32,000 nt of DNA from Opitutales bacterium (GTDB lineage Bacteria > Verrucomicrobiota > Verrucomicrobiia > Opitutales > PNEW01), in NCBI GenBank assembly GCA_965219535.1, contig CBDCNV010000002.1, forward strand, positions 540,001-572,000. The letters run 5' to 3'. The translations under genes and the position numbers were made by a program. Below the pieces are notes generated by a model that saw only the letters and a program-made list of their open reading frames with translations, did no database searches and was not told the origin of the DNA. Shown here in pieces: positions 18,471-27,291 of this stretch. The stretch's first letter is position 1; each line of letters opens with the position of its first letter.

Positions 18471-19349
18471 ATCTTTTGCCGGCATCGGTATATTCGGGTT
18501 GTTGAGCCTTAATCCACCGACACCTGTATTATCAAATCTGTGCACCACAAGGTTGTCCAGCGAAGCGGCAAGAAGAATATTGCGGTCGGGTCCCGCAAAT
18601 GCGACATCAGTCGGTCCGCGTAACGCTTCACCTTTCCAATCTTCAGCAAAGCATTTCAGCTCACTCGTTCGTTCATCGAATACATAAATCGCGTCCGGCC
18701 GATGGCAGGCAATCCAAAGACGTTTTTCTGTATCAAAGGCGATGCCGTCAGGTATGCATCGCGGCATGTCTACGACACGCTCATAATTGCCCGAAGTGCC
18801 ATCCTTGTTAACAGTTATTTTTGCGATGCAATTGCCATAGGTCTCTACAAAGTAAAGATACTGTTCATCGGCGTCTAGTGCTATCGCGTTTGGGGTATTG
18901 ACTGCTTCGGGATACCAGAGTTGAGCGCTGCCACCACCGGGAGCAACTTTATAAATATGCCCATTAATCTGATCGGACCAGTCACCGCTGTCTGACAGAT
19001 ACATATTACCCAGTCGATCAAACGCCGGGTAATTGGTGCAAAGAAAATTTTTTCCGCTGGGGCCTGTGGCGTAGGTGCTCTCTTCACCGTCAGGAGTAAT
19101 CCGAATTACTTTTCCCGAGGTGTCGGCGCAGTAGATATTTCCCTCCGCGTCAATCACCTGACCGAGCATCCGACGGGGCGCGGTCGAAGCGAACTGGTTA
19201 GCGGTATTTTTTATCAAATCAAGTTGATAAACCTGGCCCCCGGTACCGGTGGTGTAAGCTTCACCTTGAGGACCAATGGATATCGATTCTGGGTGGTCAA
19301 CACCGCGTATATGGACAATAGCATTTAGATCGAAGGGATGAACTGACAT
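18465..19349 (-). CDS. SMP-30/gluconolactonase/LRE-family sugar lactonase
   Basis: 294-aa ORF. Six-bladed-propeller-like repeats with the family's PN(A/G)IAL...LYFVET, IPDGIAFD...LWIA and PTDVAFAG...LLAAS patterns. Confidence 0.75.
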   Translation of the reverse strand: MSVHPFDLNAIVHIRGVDHPESISIGPQGEAYTTGTGGQVYQLDLIKNTANQFASTAPRRMLGQVIDAEGNIYCADTSGKVIRITPDGEESTYATGPSGKNFLCTNYPAFDRLGNMYLSDSGDWSDQINGHIYKVAPGGGSAQLWYPEAVNTPNAIALDADEQYLYFVETYGNCIAKITVNKDGTSGNYERVVDMPRCIPDGIAFDTEKRLWIACHRPDAIYVFDERTSELKCFAEDWKGEALRGPTDVAFAGPDRNILLAASLDNLVVHRFDNTGVGGLRLNNPNIPMPAKDE

Positions 19350-19372
19350 AAAAGTAGAGTTCAGGAATGCAG

Positions 19373-20248
19373 CTATCGTTGCGGTACCTGTGTGGGATAG
19401 TGATTGGCAATGCTTTCTGCCGCCATGGCTTGCCAGTGATGTTGCGGACTCCAGCCAAGTAATTGCTTTATTTTATTGCAACTCACGAGACCGGTCCTTT
19501 CGGGGAGATCGCCTCGTATATCTTTAATGTGGGGAAACCCTATTTCAATTAACTGACGTGTCGGCGTTGTAACGCAGACGTCGTCCGCGGCAATGTTGTA
19601 GCAATTGAAACCTGATTCTTTCGCTGTTACCCAAGCGAGACAAGCGGTAGCGACATCGCGGGCGTCAATATAAGACCAGAGAGCGTTTTCAGCGGCTGAA
19701 TCATTTTCGGTATAATTACGGAAACGCCATTCATAAGATTCTTCATAAACAATTCGCTGCGGTCGCAAGGCGGCTATGGCGATGCCATGCCAACGCGAAT
19801 AATGACTGGCCAGGGTCTCAAGGTTTTGTTTCACCGCTCCATAGATGCTGTGGGGGTTCGGGGGGGTGTCCTCATCAATAGGCAGATAAGGTACTTGGTA
19901 AAGGTCGCCATAAATCTCTGGGCTGCTGGCTAATACAACGCGCGGAATTCCCAAGTTTGCTGCCGCCTGAAGAACGTGATAACCGCCCAGTGCGAGATTT
20001 CGATAGGCGTTTTCCCACGCGGTCCATGAATCCGTGGGATAACTGCCAAAGTGGACAACCGCATCTGCTCCCTTGAAGACATCATGGACTGCTGCTCCGT
20101 CTTCCAAGTTGACCTGCCGATAATCACTCTCCGCAAATTCACAGGGCTTCAAGTCGACTCCGATAACTTCATAATCCGCTTCGCGAAAGATCTTTACGAT
20201 TGAGGGTCCGGTACCTCCTTTTGCGCCGGTAACTACTACTTTTCCCAT
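19373..20248 (-). CDS. NAD-dependent epimerase/dehydratase-family (extended SDR) oxidoreductase
   Basis: 291-aa ORF. Rossmann VVVTGAKGGTGPSIV, catalytic YGAVK (YxxxK). Confidence 0.75.
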   Translation of the reverse strand: MGKVVVTGAKGGTGPSIVKIFREADYEVIGVDLKPCEFAESDYRQVNLEDGAAVHDVFKGADAVVHFGSYPTDSWTAWENAYRNLALGGYHVLQAAANLGIPRVVLASSPEIYGDLYQVPYLPIDEDTPPNPHSIYGAVKQNLETLASHYSRWHGIAIAALRPQRIVYEESYEWRFRNYTENDSAAENALWSYIDARDVATACLAWVTAKESGFNCYNIAADDVCVTTPTRQLIEIGFPHIKDIRGDLPERTGLVSCNKIKQLLGWSPQHHWQAMAAESIANHYPTQVPQR

Positions 20249-20283
20249 TTCTTATTCCCTGGTTTAGAGCTGACGTTGCAAAG

Positions 20284-21453
20284 TTACAAAAGAGGTGTTG
20301 AACCGTCAGCCTGGACGTAGCGCAGTGCTTTTATCGGCTCATGGGGGCGTGAACGCATCTGTTCCATATCCAATTCCACGCCGAGGCCGGGGCGATTTTG
20401 CAAGTCGTTTAAATGGATATGGCCGTCAATCACCGGCACCTTCTGTGTCTGAATACGGTCAAACCAGGGTTGAATCGGACAATGTTCCAGGATTAGAAAA
20501 TTTTGTATGGACGCAGCCACATGAGCGCAAGCTGCCAGGGCGACAGGGCCATAGGGATTGTGCGGGGCTATTGTTATACCATATACCTCGGCATAGTGGG
20601 CAATCTTAATGAGTTCGCTGATTCCCCCGATGTGACAGGGGTCAGCCTGACAAACATCAATTGCCTGTTGTTCAAACCATGGGCGGAAATCCCAACGTGT
20701 TATTTGGCGCTCGCCGAGAGCGATTTTGATATCTGGAAATTCTTTTTTCAGTAGAAGGGTCGGATCAATGGTGTCTTGATTTGTTGGTTCTTCAACAAAA
20801 AGCATATTAAGTGGACGAAGCCCGCGCATGAGATACTCAGCAGCTTGAAAATCAAACTGACCAGCGGCATCTATCATCAGTGCTACATCAGGACCGAATA
20901 ACTGGCGTAACAGGGTATGTTCCTCAATCGCATTTGTCGCTTGCTGTTGCATGTCGTAGGGTTCGGTTCTTGTGCCCCATCCGTGCTTGAATGCGGTGAA
21001 GCCCATCTTCATCGATGCCTCGGCTGCCTCTTCGAGCGTGGAACCATAAAATTCGGGGCCGTAGCGGATGTAACAGCGAATTTTTTCTCTTACTTTACCA
21101 CCAAGAAGTTTGAACACGGGCAGGCCCGCTTTTTTCCCGGTGATATCCCATAATGCCTGGTCGATCCCACTCATCGCGCTAGTGTGAACAACCCCTCTGC
21201 GCCACCAGAAATCGCGATAGCCTAATTGCCAGATGCGTTCGATATCAGTAGGATCCATACCGAGTAAACGTGGTTTCAGTTCCGATTCAATTTGCGCTTT
21301 AACCGCCATTTCGTGGTATTCGGTTGTAGCTTCACCGATACCAGTGATTCCTTCGTCTGTCTCTATTTCCACAAATATCCAATTGCGGCAAACACCCGGG
21401 CCATCGGGCCGCGGCACACTCATCACATGACAGCGGATATCGGTAATCTTCAT
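20284..21453 (-). CDS. Enolase-superfamily sugar-acid dehydratase (galactonate/mannonate-dehydratase-like, MR/MLE family)
   Basis: 389-aa ORF. MKITDI...WIFVEIETDEGITGIGE and SAMSGIDQALWDITGKKAGLPVFKLLGG resemble DgoD/ManD. Candidate metal ligands in MIDAAG, FVEEP, LGER; His in IAPHNP. Confidence 0.85.
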   Translation of the reverse strand: MKITDIRCHVMSVPRPDGPGVCRNWIFVEIETDEGITGIGEATTEYHEMAVKAQIESELKPRLLGMDPTDIERIWQLGYRDFWWRRGVVHTSAMSGIDQALWDITGKKAGLPVFKLLGGKVREKIRCYIRYGPEFYGSTLEEAAEASMKMGFTAFKHGWGTRTEPYDMQQQATNAIEEHTLLRQLFGPDVALMIDAAGQFDFQAAEYLMRGLRPLNMLFVEEPTNQDTIDPTLLLKKEFPDIKIALGERQITRWDFRPWFEQQAIDVCQADPCHIGGISELIKIAHYAEVYGITIAPHNPYGPVALAACAHVAASIQNFLILEHCPIQPWFDRIQTQKVPVIDGHIHLNDLQNRPGLGVELDMEQMRSRPHEPIKALRYVQADGSTPLL

Positions 21454-21492
21454 GGCGCCGATCGAGAGTTCTCTCGAAATTAAATTTTAATC

Positions 21493-22164
21493 CTAATTCT
21501 TATGGGCGGCAATACGTTCACGGTCCTGCGCGGTGAGATGGGTCTGAACTTTCTCCGCGAATTCACGGACGGAATCTTCTATCGACGTGTGACTGGTATC
21601 GAGAGTAACCATGGGGCCCAATGTTGATCTTGCCACCCCTTCTTCAAATAAGTGAAGGATTTCATCAATATCCTCTTCCTGCATCACAGCGTTCTCGCGA
21701 TTGTTTTCCTTCATCCGCTGCCTGAGCACATCCGGTTCTGCTATCAAATGAACAATGACTACCGGATCAGATGTTACTTCCTTAATTAATTCTTCAATAT
21801 GATCAAAAAAGAATTCTCTTCTATTAAAAAATTCATCGGGTAGCCCATATCCGAAGTAAAGCGGGGCATAGACTCCATCTTCGATATGCAAGCCAATATC
21901 CAGATTATCTACCGCGCGGTAATGTTGGACATGATAGTGGAGACTATAGCGAGAGTACATTTCTTTGAGCTTGGGAGTCAGAGCAAGAATCATCTTCTGC
22001 TCTTCCGGTGTCGTATCATCGGGGTGTCCCGAGACACGCGGATACTTAAAATGATCGTGAATGTGCGTAAAGCCGCATCCCATTTCCTCTTCCTTCCATT
22101 TATGGAAGGCATTAGCTAAAGTGGTAGTTCCAGTAAACTCGGCGCCGACGATTAATAATTTCAT
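21493..22164 (-). CDS. P-loop NTPase-like protein (AAA_28/NadR-kinase-like) with Walker A lysine replaced
   Basis: The track ORF runs to 22341, but that extension overlaps the upstream gene by 140 nt. The ATG at 22164 gives 223 aa starting MKLLIVGAEFTGTTTLANAF, 37 nt after the upstream stop. GAEFTGTTT fits GxxxxG[K->T]TT. Confidence 0.5.
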   Translation of the reverse strand: MKLLIVGAEFTGTTTLANAFHKWKEEEMGCGFTHIHDHFKYPRVSGHPDDTTPEEQKMILALTPKLKEMYSRYSLHYHVQHYRAVDNLDIGLHIEDGVYAPLYFGYGLPDEFFNRREFFFDHIEELIKEVTSDPVVIVHLIAEPDVLRQRMKENNRENAVMQEEDIDEILHLFEEGVARSTLGPMVTLDTSHTSIEDSVREFAEKVQTHLTAQDRERIAAHKN

Positions 22165-22201
22165 AATGTGTTTTCTGTTTTGAGGACTATAGAAAAAAAT
22201 A

Positions 22202-23260
22202 TCAATTGCTTTCAGCAATCTTATTGGCAAGAGCACAAATCGAATCGGCAGCTGATTCCACGTCCGCCTCGGTAATTCCCAGATAAGGTATAGCGCGAAT
22301 GATCGTTCGTTCCGGACTACTGACCCGTACCCCATATTCATCGAGTAGACGATCGGCGAACGCTCTCGATGAGAGCCCGGTTCCTTTTACATCGAACCTG
22401 CACATATTAGTTTCCACCACTTCAGGATCAATGAATATGCCCGGTGCGGTGGCAATACGCTCAGCTAAAAGTTTTGCATTACGATGATCTTCTGCCAGTC
22501 GCTCGACATGATGCTCAAGAGCGTAAATACCGGCTGCGGCAATAATACCCGCCTGGCGCATGGCACCACCGATCCGTTGCTTCCACTGCCATGCCTCATG
22601 GATAAATGCCTTGGATCCCGCTAATGCCCCGCCGACCGGTGCGCCCAATCCTTTACTAAAGTCGATCCAGGCAGAATCAAAAGGGCCCGCGTACTCAGCC
22701 GCGCTTATCCCTGTGGCTACCGTGGCATTCAGGAGCCGGGCACCATCCATATGACAGTAAGCGCCGTGTTCACGTACTTTAGCACAAACTGATTTCATCT
22801 GTTCTAATGGCCAGATACGCCCACCCGGCCGATTCGTTGTCTGTTCGATTGAAACGACCTGGACGGGAGATTGGTAGCGGCTTGTAGGAGCAATAGCTTC
22901 GTCAACCTGTTCGGCTGTGAACTGGCCATTCTCACCGTCAATGGGGTAGAGGACCGCGCCTGCGAGGACCGCGGAGCCTCCCGCTTCTGAAATGAGAGGA
23001 TGCGCTGACCGGTCGAGAATAATAAAGTTGCCCGGCCGACAGTGGACGGCGAGTGCAATTTGATTACACATCGTCCCGGAGGGAAGAAATAATGCCGCTT
23101 CTTTGCCCAACAATTCGGCGACCATTTCCTGCAATTTATTAACCGTCGGATCCTCGCCTCTCTGCTCATCGCCAACTTCTGCGGCGCACATGAATTCACG
23201 CATTTCCTTAGTTGGTTTTGTCGCGGTATCGCTGTAAAGATCTATGCGCACTGACGCCAT
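22202..23260 (-). CDS. Low-specificity L-threonine aldolase-type PLP enzyme (beta-eliminating lyase family)
   Basis: 352-aa ORF. DLYSDTATKPTKEMREFM, GTMCNQIAL, HMDGARL and the PLP-lysine context FSKGLGAPVGG match threonine aldolases. Confidence 0.8.
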   Translation of the reverse strand: MASVRIDLYSDTATKPTKEMREFMCAAEVGDEQRGEDPTVNKLQEMVAELLGKEAALFLPSGTMCNQIALAVHCRPGNFIILDRSAHPLISEAGGSAVLAGAVLYPIDGENGQFTAEQVDEAIAPTSRYQSPVQVVSIEQTTNRPGGRIWPLEQMKSVCAKVREHGAYCHMDGARLLNATVATGISAAEYAGPFDSAWIDFSKGLGAPVGGALAGSKAFIHEAWQWKQRIGGAMRQAGIIAAAGIYALEHHVERLAEDHRNAKLLAERIATAPGIFIDPEVVETNMCRFDVKGTGLSSRAFADRLLDEYGVRVSSPERTIIRAIPYLGITEADVESAADSICALANKIAESN

Positions 23261-23401
23261 TTCTGTTCTCCTTTTCTTATGTTAGCTATCGATTTTATAA
23301 GTAAATTTATTTCGAGGCGATTATTTTATTGATAGGTTCCCTGGTAAGCAGCATTTAATCAAATGCTACTATCCATTCATAGGGTGGCGGAATGGAACAG
23401 G

Positions 23402-24349
23402 TTATCCTATAGGTGCTACCGCGGGTTCAACTTTTTTCGCTGCGAATTCGAAAAAACCTATCTCGGTTAGATCTTTTTCAAGTTTGCTGTACTGCTCCGA
23501 AGTAATGGGTTGAGAAGGGGGGCGTGCCGGTCCACAGTCCACACCCAGCAATTTCATTATGGCTTTCATACCCGTATGCCCGGATGAACAAGAGCGCCCC
23601 ATAATCTGACACATCTTCATCGAGTCGAGTTGTTTTTCGCGAGCTGTATCCAAATCACCTCGATTGAAACTGTCTATTATCTCATTGTATAAAGGGCCGG
23701 CATAATTATAGGCGCCTCCTATTGAACCCTTACCACCTAATACTAAACTGCATAATAAAAACGAATCAATACCAAATAGGACATCATATCGTCCGCCATC
23801 AAATAAACGGCAAAGTTGATATTCCATCATATTTGCCGAGGTGAATTTAAGGCCGCAAAGATTGGGTATCTTTCCGCGAGCGGCTTCCAGAAATTCTATC
23901 ATATTGATAGAGACTCCGGTCATGCCGGGAATATGATAATAATAGAAGGGTAGCTCAGGTGCGGACGCGGCAATTTGGGAACAATAGTCAACGAGCGCAT
24001 CCGCGTCTCTTGGCTTAATGAATGTAGGGCTATGCGCTCCAATCCCCCAGGCTCCAACTTTCTGGGCATGCGCGGCGAGCGCTTTTGCGGCGACAATACT
24101 ATTGTGGCCGACATGAACAAGCACTGTAAAATCTTTCGGCGCGACTTCAACCCAACGGCTGGTGATCGCCATGCGCTCCTCTGAGGTTAAGGATAAGCTT
24201 TCTCCCGATGTTCCACACAGAAATGTACCATCAATTCCGTTGTCTTTGAAAAACGCGGCCAGGGTTTCGATCCTATCGAGATTGACACTATAGTCATCAT
24301 TGAAAGGAGTTACAGAGGGGGCTATAAGACCATTGAGTTCAGTTTTCAT
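23402..24349 (-). CDS. DHDPS/N-acetylneuraminate-lyase family class I aldolase (NAL/NPL-like)
   Basis: 315-aa ORF. GTSGESLSLTSEER, LPFYYYHIPGMTG and Schiff-base lysine context CGLKFTS. From memory, the overall pattern is closer to N-acetylneuraminate pyruvate lyases than to DapA. Confidence 0.8.
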   Translation of the reverse strand: MKTELNGLIAPSVTPFNDDYSVNLDRIETLAAFFKDNGIDGTFLCGTSGESLSLTSEERMAITSRWVEVAPKDFTVLVHVGHNSIVAAKALAAHAQKVGAWGIGAHSPTFIKPRDADALVDYCSQIAASAPELPFYYYHIPGMTGVSINMIEFLEAARGKIPNLCGLKFTSANMMEYQLCRLFDGGRYDVLFGIDSFLLCSLVLGGKGSIGGAYNYAGPLYNEIIDSFNRGDLDTAREKQLDSMKMCQIMGRSCSSGHTGMKAIMKLLGVDCGPARPPSQPITSEQYSKLEKDLTEIGFFEFAAKKVEPAVAPIG

Positions 24350-24411
24350 TATTTATTTTCAATCAGTAGTTGTTTAGGGGTGAGAACAGACGATTTTAAA
24401 AGGAATATTCA

Positions 24412-25275
24412 TTAGTTCGCACGGTCCCAGCGGCTGGGGTTGATGCCCGGTGCGTCTTTGGCCATGTGATCCGGCTTATTCGGATTGTCATGCATCCAGA
24501 TGCGGGTGTTAGGATCGCCCAGGATCGCTTGAATTTCGGGGGATAGCTTGGCCACCTTTTCGGCGTCTCTCGTATCAATCTCCCCGGCGGGCCCGGCCCA
24601 TGATGGGCGGTAAGCGATGGCGAGCATTTCACGGGGGCGATCGCCTGTATTCGGAAAGTTTCCATGGAAAACATTTTGATTAATTAGAACGGCCGATCCC
24701 GCCTTGCAAGTGACCATTAACTGTTCGGGATGCTCTTCGTAGCGCAAGTAGGGATTGCCTTCTTTGTGAAAGCTGAGATGTGACCGCGGGAGAACGCGAA
24801 AAGGGGAGACTTCCGGGGTTAAGTCATCCAGATAGTAGAGGACCCGGATTAAGCGGGGACAGCTGAACCGGTAGCCGAATATTTTTGAACTCCAAGGTTG
24901 CCCATCAGAGTGCAAACTTATGCCGGGGTGACCCGGTTCAGATCGCGCGTAACTAAAACTCATCATAATAATCTCGTCGCCAAACAACACTTTGAGGAAG
25001 TCAATGGTTGGCGGATGAGCGATCAGCTTGGAAAGTTCACCCCCGTGATACATGATTTCTTCTTCATCTTCAGCGACCTGCTGTTTCTCGCTGTAATCCA
25101 CCCTGCACGTGTTAATGGCTTTCGTTTCCGCCTTAAGTTTTTCAATATGCTCCCGGCTGAGCAGATCGGGAATTACAAGATAGCCTTCTACTTCGATATG
25201 ACGAATACGTTCACCAAGAGTTAAATTGGACCAGTCTGTATCCGCGATGCGAGCTTCCAATTGCGATTTCATCAT
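24412..25275 (-). CDS. Phytanoyl-CoA dioxygenase (PhyH) family oxygenase (paralogue 3 of 3)
   Basis: 287-aa ORF. EVEGYLVIPDLLS N-terminus, HxD in SLHSDG, distal His in NVFHGNFPNTG. Confidence 0.7.
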   Translation of the reverse strand: MMKSQLEARIADTDWSNLTLGERIRHIEVEGYLVIPDLLSREHIEKLKAETKAINTCRVDYSEKQQVAEDEEEIMYHGGELSKLIAHPPTIDFLKVLFGDEIIMMSFSYARSEPGHPGISLHSDGQPWSSKIFGYRFSCPRLIRVLYYLDDLTPEVSPFRVLPRSHLSFHKEGNPYLRYEEHPEQLMVTCKAGSAVLINQNVFHGNFPNTGDRPREMLAIAYRPSWAGPAGEIDTRDAEKVAKLSPEIQAILGDPNTRIWMHDNPNKPDHMAKDAPGINPSRWDRAN

Positions 25276-25431
25276 TCTCTTTCCGTCAATTGGCTATTAA
25301 TATTGGATTGCAGTATGAGCACATTGGAATTCATAAATTACTTCCCCGTATTGTCGATTGCAATATATGCTTCTCAATTATTATCCGCCGCTCGCTAAGG
25401 GTCTTTCTCTTTCTGCTTTCATTCTATTAAA

Positions 25432-27075
25432 ATGTCTATTCCAAACGCGATAAGAGTTGGCTGTTGGCCGGTAGGGGTCTTTCTCCTCTCGAGTTTTTTG
25501 TATGTCGTTTCTTTCCCCCCGTGGAATATAGCGGAGGGGGCCTACCTTTTTGCCATACCTTTTCTCTTCTGGATTTTCTACAAACCTGGATTCAAACTTT
25601 ATCTCATCACAGCATTGATCAGCGGTTGTGTTACCTGGATTGTAATGATTTGGTGGTTGCGCCACATCACCTACCTAGGAACGGTATCTTTAGCGGTCTT
25701 TCTCGGGCTTTTTAATGTCACTTGGCTAGTTGCCGCATGGTGGGCTCTTCCTCGAATAATCGATCGACCATTTTGGTATCGCTTGTCGGGTCTTCTTGGG
25801 CTCTCCTCACTTTGGATCTTACTCGAATACCTTCGCACCTTTCTCATAACCGGATTTCCCTGGCTGCCGCTGGCACTCAGCCAGTGGAATCGACCCGCAC
25901 TGCTTCAAATTATTTCCTCTACTGGCTTTTACGGCATTTCTTTTATTCTTATATTCTTTAATCTTGGGATAGCTATATATTTGCGGCACCTGATATTAAA
26001 GAGCCATCGGGGTCGAGCCTGGTATGAACGTATCTGCCCAGAGTTTTATCTATCCGTCGCTCTACTCCTTACGGCCGCCAGTGGAGTTATCTGGACCGGA
26101 ACTTTTACTCAGGATCGGGTTGATGGCTTTCGCGCCGCCACTATACAACCTTATATCAAACCATCGATAAAATGGATTAGTGAACAAGCACATGGCATTC
26201 TCGATATTTTGGAAAAGCATACGCTTTTCCTTAAACCGCTTGATCCTGACCTCATCCTATGGCCGGAATCTGTCACTCCCTGGCCTGTTGTAGGCGATAG
26301 TAATATGCGGCTCTGGGCACAAGACCGGGCTCAATCATTTGGAGTCCCTATCCTTATGGGCAATATGGCGAAAGAGGACAATAAGATCTGGTATAATACG
26401 GTGAACGCGGTCGATCCCCGCTTTGGCCTTGTCTTTCCTTACTACGCTAAACGCAAACTGGTACCCTTTGGCGAATATGTGCCTTTTCACCAGTTCTTTC
26501 CTTTCATTGATAAATTTGTTCCTCTTGAAGCTGACTTTAAACCGGGTAAGTTACCTGAGTTAATCCCGCTTAATATTGCCGGTCAGATTTACCGTGTGGG
26601 CCCCCTTATATGCTATGAAGACATTTTTCCCGGGCTGGCGCGTGACTTAACACTTGAGGGGGCTGACTTCCTTTTCGTAGCGACGAATAATGCCTGGTAT
26701 GGTGAGGAGAGCGGGGCTTATCAACATGCTGCACATTCCGTCTTACGCGCCGTCGAAACACGACGCCCCGTTCTTCGTTGCGGTAATGCAGGGTGGAGTG
26801 GCTGGATAGATGAGTATGGCAATGTGCGAGAGGTCCTGCTTGATCATAGAGGAAGTATTTATTTTCGGGGCGGAGCGGTGATGGAGGTTAGTCGTGATCG
26901 CCAGTGGACGCAGCGTCTAAGTGTGTACATGCAGTATGGAGATTGGTTTGTCGGGCTCAGCTTATTTTCTTTCGTCTGGGGTTTTATCGCGCTGCGGTTT
27001 TTGCATGTCGATAGGGTTCCTGACGCCCCTGAACCTGATATCCGCACGCGACGCCAACGTATCTTTGGAAATTAA
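25432..27075 (+). CDS. lnt: Apolipoprotein N-acyltransferase
   Basis: 547-aa ORF. An N-terminal polytopic membrane domain is followed by a CN-hydrolase domain with the Lnt E-K-C triad contexts LWPES, YAKRKLVPFGEYVP and ICYEDIFP. Confidence 0.9.
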   Translation: MSIPNAIRVGCWPVGVFLLSSFLYVVSFPPWNIAEGAYLFAIPFLFWIFYKPGFKLYLITALISGCVTWIVMIWWLRHITYLGTVSLAVFLGLFNVTWLVAAWWALPRIIDRPFWYRLSGLLGLSSLWILLEYLRTFLITGFPWLPLALSQWNRPALLQIISSTGFYGISFILIFFNLGIAIYLRHLILKSHRGRAWYERICPEFYLSVALLLTAASGVIWTGTFTQDRVDGFRAATIQPYIKPSIKWISEQAHGILDILEKHTLFLKPLDPDLILWPESVTPWPVVGDSNMRLWAQDRAQSFGVPILMGNMAKEDNKIWYNTVNAVDPRFGLVFPYYAKRKLVPFGEYVPFHQFFPFIDKFVPLEADFKPGKLPELIPLNIAGQIYRVGPLICYEDIFPGLARDLTLEGADFLFVATNNAWYGEESGAYQHAAHSVLRAVETRRPVLRCGNAGWSGWIDEYGNVREVLLDHRGSIYFRGGAVMEVSRDRQWTQRLSVYMQYGDWFVGLSLFSFVWGFIALRFLHVDRVPDAPEPDIRTRRQRIFGN

Positions 27076-27093
27076 GAAGTATTCAAATGGTGG

Positions 27094-27125
27094 AACGCGC
27101 TGTCTCAGCGCGTTTAGTGTGTTTC
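27094..27125 (+). terminator. Candidate intrinsic terminator downstream of lnt
   Basis: 9-bp stem aacgcgctg (27094-27102) / cagcgcgtt (27106-27114), 3-nt loop, 19 nt after the lnt stop. The downstream T-tract is interrupted (tagtgtgtttc), so it is weaker than canonical. Confidence 0.4.
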
Positions 27126-27291
27126 AAAATTTAATACATGAAGAAGCGTGCTGGGACCAACCGTCGCCAAGGCTATGGCGGGCAGGTAGCCCGCTCCACC
27201 TATATCTTCGTATCCACTTATTACTACCCTATTATGAGGAAGATGATGAACATCATTGCGGATTTACAATTGAACCTTATAACCGTGCTCT

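Noticed and set aside
22165-22341. 59-codon N-terminal extension of the P-loop-like ORF (track start at 22341).
   Set aside because: It would overlap the upstream threonine-aldolase-type gene by 140 nt, and its sequence (…RNERSFALYLIWELPRRTWNQLPIRF…) looks non-protein-like. The ATG at 22164 starts exactly at the strand-loop motif and leaves a normal 37-nt gap.
23345-23372. AT-rich hairpin (agcattt/aaatgct) downstream of the NAL-like gene as an internal terminator of the seven-gene cluster.
   Set aside because: The stem is a 7-bp AT-rich one, and no U-tract follows on the transcribed (minus) strand. It is too weak to call.
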